Source: Gammaproteobacteria bacterium (GTDB lineage: Bacteria; Pseudomonadota; Gammaproteobacteria; Steroidobacterales; GCA-2729495). Taken from it: a stretch of 64,000 bases of DNA. How positions within the stretch are numbered: the first letter of the stretch is position 1; each line of letters begins with the position of its first letter. Below, one piece after another: positions 62,670 to 64,000 of the stretch. The notes beneath the pieces are model-generated. The model saw only the letters and a program-made list of their open reading frames with translations. It was not told the origin of the DNA and ran no database searches. Location of the stretch: positions 36,221 to 100,220 of the forward strand of contig JAWKZI010000010.1 in the NCBI GenBank assembly GCA_041396045.1, read 5' to 3'. The translations under genes and the position numbers were made by a program.

Positions 62670-63884
62670 ATGCAGGCGGATCGCATTTGGCACCATGCCC
62701 GGCTTGCGACGCTCGCGCCTGACCGGATGGGTCTGGGTGTGGTTGATCGCGGGCTCGTCGCTGCGCGCAATGGCCGCATCGTTTACGCCGGTCCCGAGCA
62801 CGAGGCACCAACCACCCTCTACGCCTCCGCTGCCGAGCAGATCGACTGCGAAGGGCGCTGGATCACTCCTGGCCTGATCGACTGTCACACGCACCTGGTC
62901 TACGCGGGCGATCGCGCCCATGAATTCGAGAAGCGTCTCGCCGGTGCAGACTACGCAGCGCTGGCCCGGGAGGGTGGTGGTATCGCATCAACCGTTCAGG
63001 CGACCCGTCAGGCCTCCGAGGAAAGCCTGTGCGAGACAGCACTGCCCCGCCTCGATGCGCTGCTGGCCGAGGGCGTCACAACCATTGAGATCAAGTCCGG
63101 TTACGGGCTGGAACTCGCAACTGAACTGCGCCAGTTGCGTGCAGCGCGCTCGCTCGCAGCACAGCGACCGATAGACGTGGTCACGACTTTTCTGGGTGCT
63201 CATGCACTGCCTGCCGAAGCCAACGGTGACAAAGACGCATACATCGATCTGGTTTGCCGCCAGATGATCCCGGCGGTTGCACGTGAAAAGGTGGCAACTT
63301 TCGTCGATGCCTACTGCGAAGAGATCGGCTTTTCAGCCAGGCAGACCCGCCAGGTCTTCGAGGCGGCCCGCACCCATGGGTTAGGCCTGAAACTGCATGC
63401 CGACCAGCTCACGAATACGCACGGTGCGGCACTGGCGGCTGAATTCGGCGCCACGTCTGCCGATCATCTGGAATACACGGATGAACAGGGTGTGGCCGCC
63501 ATGGCCCGCGCCGGCGTGACTGCGGTGATGCTGCCGGCCGCTTATTATTTTCTGCGGGACACCCAGCCGCCACCGATCGACGGGTTCCGCCGGCACAAGG
63601 TGCCGTTGGCAGTAGCAACTGACTGCAATCCAGGCACATCGCCGCTGACCTCGCTGCTGCTGGCGATGAACATGGCGGCCACCCTGTTCCGGATGACCGT
63701 CGAAGAATGCCTGGCCGGCGTCACGCGCGAAGCGGCGCGTGCTCTGGGAAGACTGACGGATATCGGCACCCTGGAAGCCGGCAAGCACTGCGATCTGGCG
63801 ATCTGGAATATCGAGCGACCGGCAGAACTGGTCTATCGCATGGGTTACAACCCGCTGCACGCCCGCATCTGGAGAGGACAGTGA
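62670..63884 (+). CDS. hutI: imidazolonepropionase
   Basis: [29 protein letters not shown] and [10 protein letters not shown]. Start taken at [12 protein letters not shown] (62670) rather than 62655. Confidence 0.95.
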   Translation: MQADRIWHHARLATLAPDRMGLGVVDRGLVAARNGRIVYAGPEHEAPTTLYASAAEQIDCEGRWITPGLIDCHTHLVYAGDRAHEFEKRLAGADYAALAREGGGIASTVQATRQASEESLCETALPRLDALLAEGVTTIEIKSGYGLELATELRQLRAARSLAAQRPIDVVTTFLGAHALPAEANGDKDAYIDLVCRQMIPAVAREKVATFVDAYCEEIGFSARQTRQVFEAARTHGLGLKLHADQLTNTHGAALAAEFGATSADHLEYTDEQGVAAMARAGVTAVMLPAAYYFLRDTQPPPIDGFRRHKVPLAVATDCNPGTSPLTSLLLAMNMAATLFRMTVEECLAGVTREAARALGRLTDIGTLEAGKHCDLAIWNIERPAELVYRMGYNPLHARIWRGQ

Positions 63885-64000
63885 TCGAAGTGCTCATGAA
63901 TCCCGGCAACGTATCGCTGGGACAATGGCGGCAGATTTATCAGAATGCGAATGTCGCGCTGAATCCTGGCTGCCGGACGGCCATCCAGCACAGTGTTGCC
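63881..64000 (+). CDS. hutH: histidine ammonia-lyase, N-terminal fragment (runs off the right edge)
   Basis: Frame open to the window end. [35 protein letters not shown] resembles the HutH N-terminus. GTG at 63881 overlaps the hutI stop; alternative ATG at 63896. Confidence 0.7.
   Translation, partial: MIEVLMNPGNVSLGQWRQIYQNANVALNPGCRTAIQHSVA

Noticed and set aside
62571-62921. Long N-terminal extension of the hutF ORF (585 aa in the track)
   Set aside because: It would run through the divergent promoter and into hutI. HutF homology begins at WFESALLP.
1-64000. Search for prophage, integron, toxin-antitoxin, restriction-modification or other defence islands, and for tRNA/rRNA genes
   Set aside because: None of the translated ORFs showed integrase, nuclease-helicase, methyltransferase-restriction or TA hallmarks. 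I saw no tRNA-like cloverleaf or rRNA segments. Absence by eye is not proof.

Overview
This is a gene-dense, high-GC chromosomal segment that looks proteobacterial, probably gammaproteobacterial judging by the protein families. All family calls come from reading the translations; nothing was searched. I support about 60 protein genes. I found no rRNA, tRNA, CRISPR array, prophage or classical IS element.

Gene layout:
- 1-14609 is one long minus-strand block. It holds a TPR protein, a PNPOx-like protein, and a tightly coupled gabT / DMT transporter / FAD oxidoreductase / Rieske oxygenase operon. It continues with trmO, a decayed and an intact haloalkane dehalogenase plus an AhpD-like protein, a TonB-dependent receptor, a secreted glutaminase, a GreB-like factor and an LLM oxidoreductase.
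- 14688-16422 is an A/T-richer islet with two paralogous flavin-reductase::PCP_red-like fusion genes.
- Next come an M23 peptidase / coiled-coil / bactofilin module, sodB, an SDR, nnrS, a GST, a CPA1 antiporter, two MscS-type channels, an Ig-like lipoprotein, a badly frame-disrupted SLC13 transporter, apbC, a DUF971 protein, a 2-hydroxyacid dehydrogenase, gcdH, a broken LLM gene and an M24 peptidase.
- Then small secreted paralogs (one with an in-frame TGA) and an EmrRAB-like efflux operon. After them comes a metal-uptake-like cluster without an ATPase: a CxxC peptide, a beta-barrel protein, and ZnuA-like and ZnuB-like genes.
- The right end carries a DUF1566 lipoprotein cluster, sdaA, a sigma-54-driven VPLPA/PEP-CTERM protein, PilZ, an MFS transporter, a methyltransferase, pepN and a ygiW / kinase / regulator operon. 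It finishes with a RAYT transposase flanked by REP/REPIN repeats and hutC-hutF / hutI-hutH.

Main things worth a second look:
- the RAYT/REPIN locus;
- the flavin-reductase::PCP_red pair;
- the ATPase-less ZnuA/B cluster;
- in-frame tandem repeats that duplicate start codons of glsA and hutF;
- at least about 20 reading-frame breaks. Where I could resolve the site they sit at short homopolymers, and they cluster in a few genes. They could be assembly error or real pseudogenisation, and the sequence alone cannot decide.

I cannot point to one clearly novel system with confidence. The candidates are ranked by interest score in the findings.
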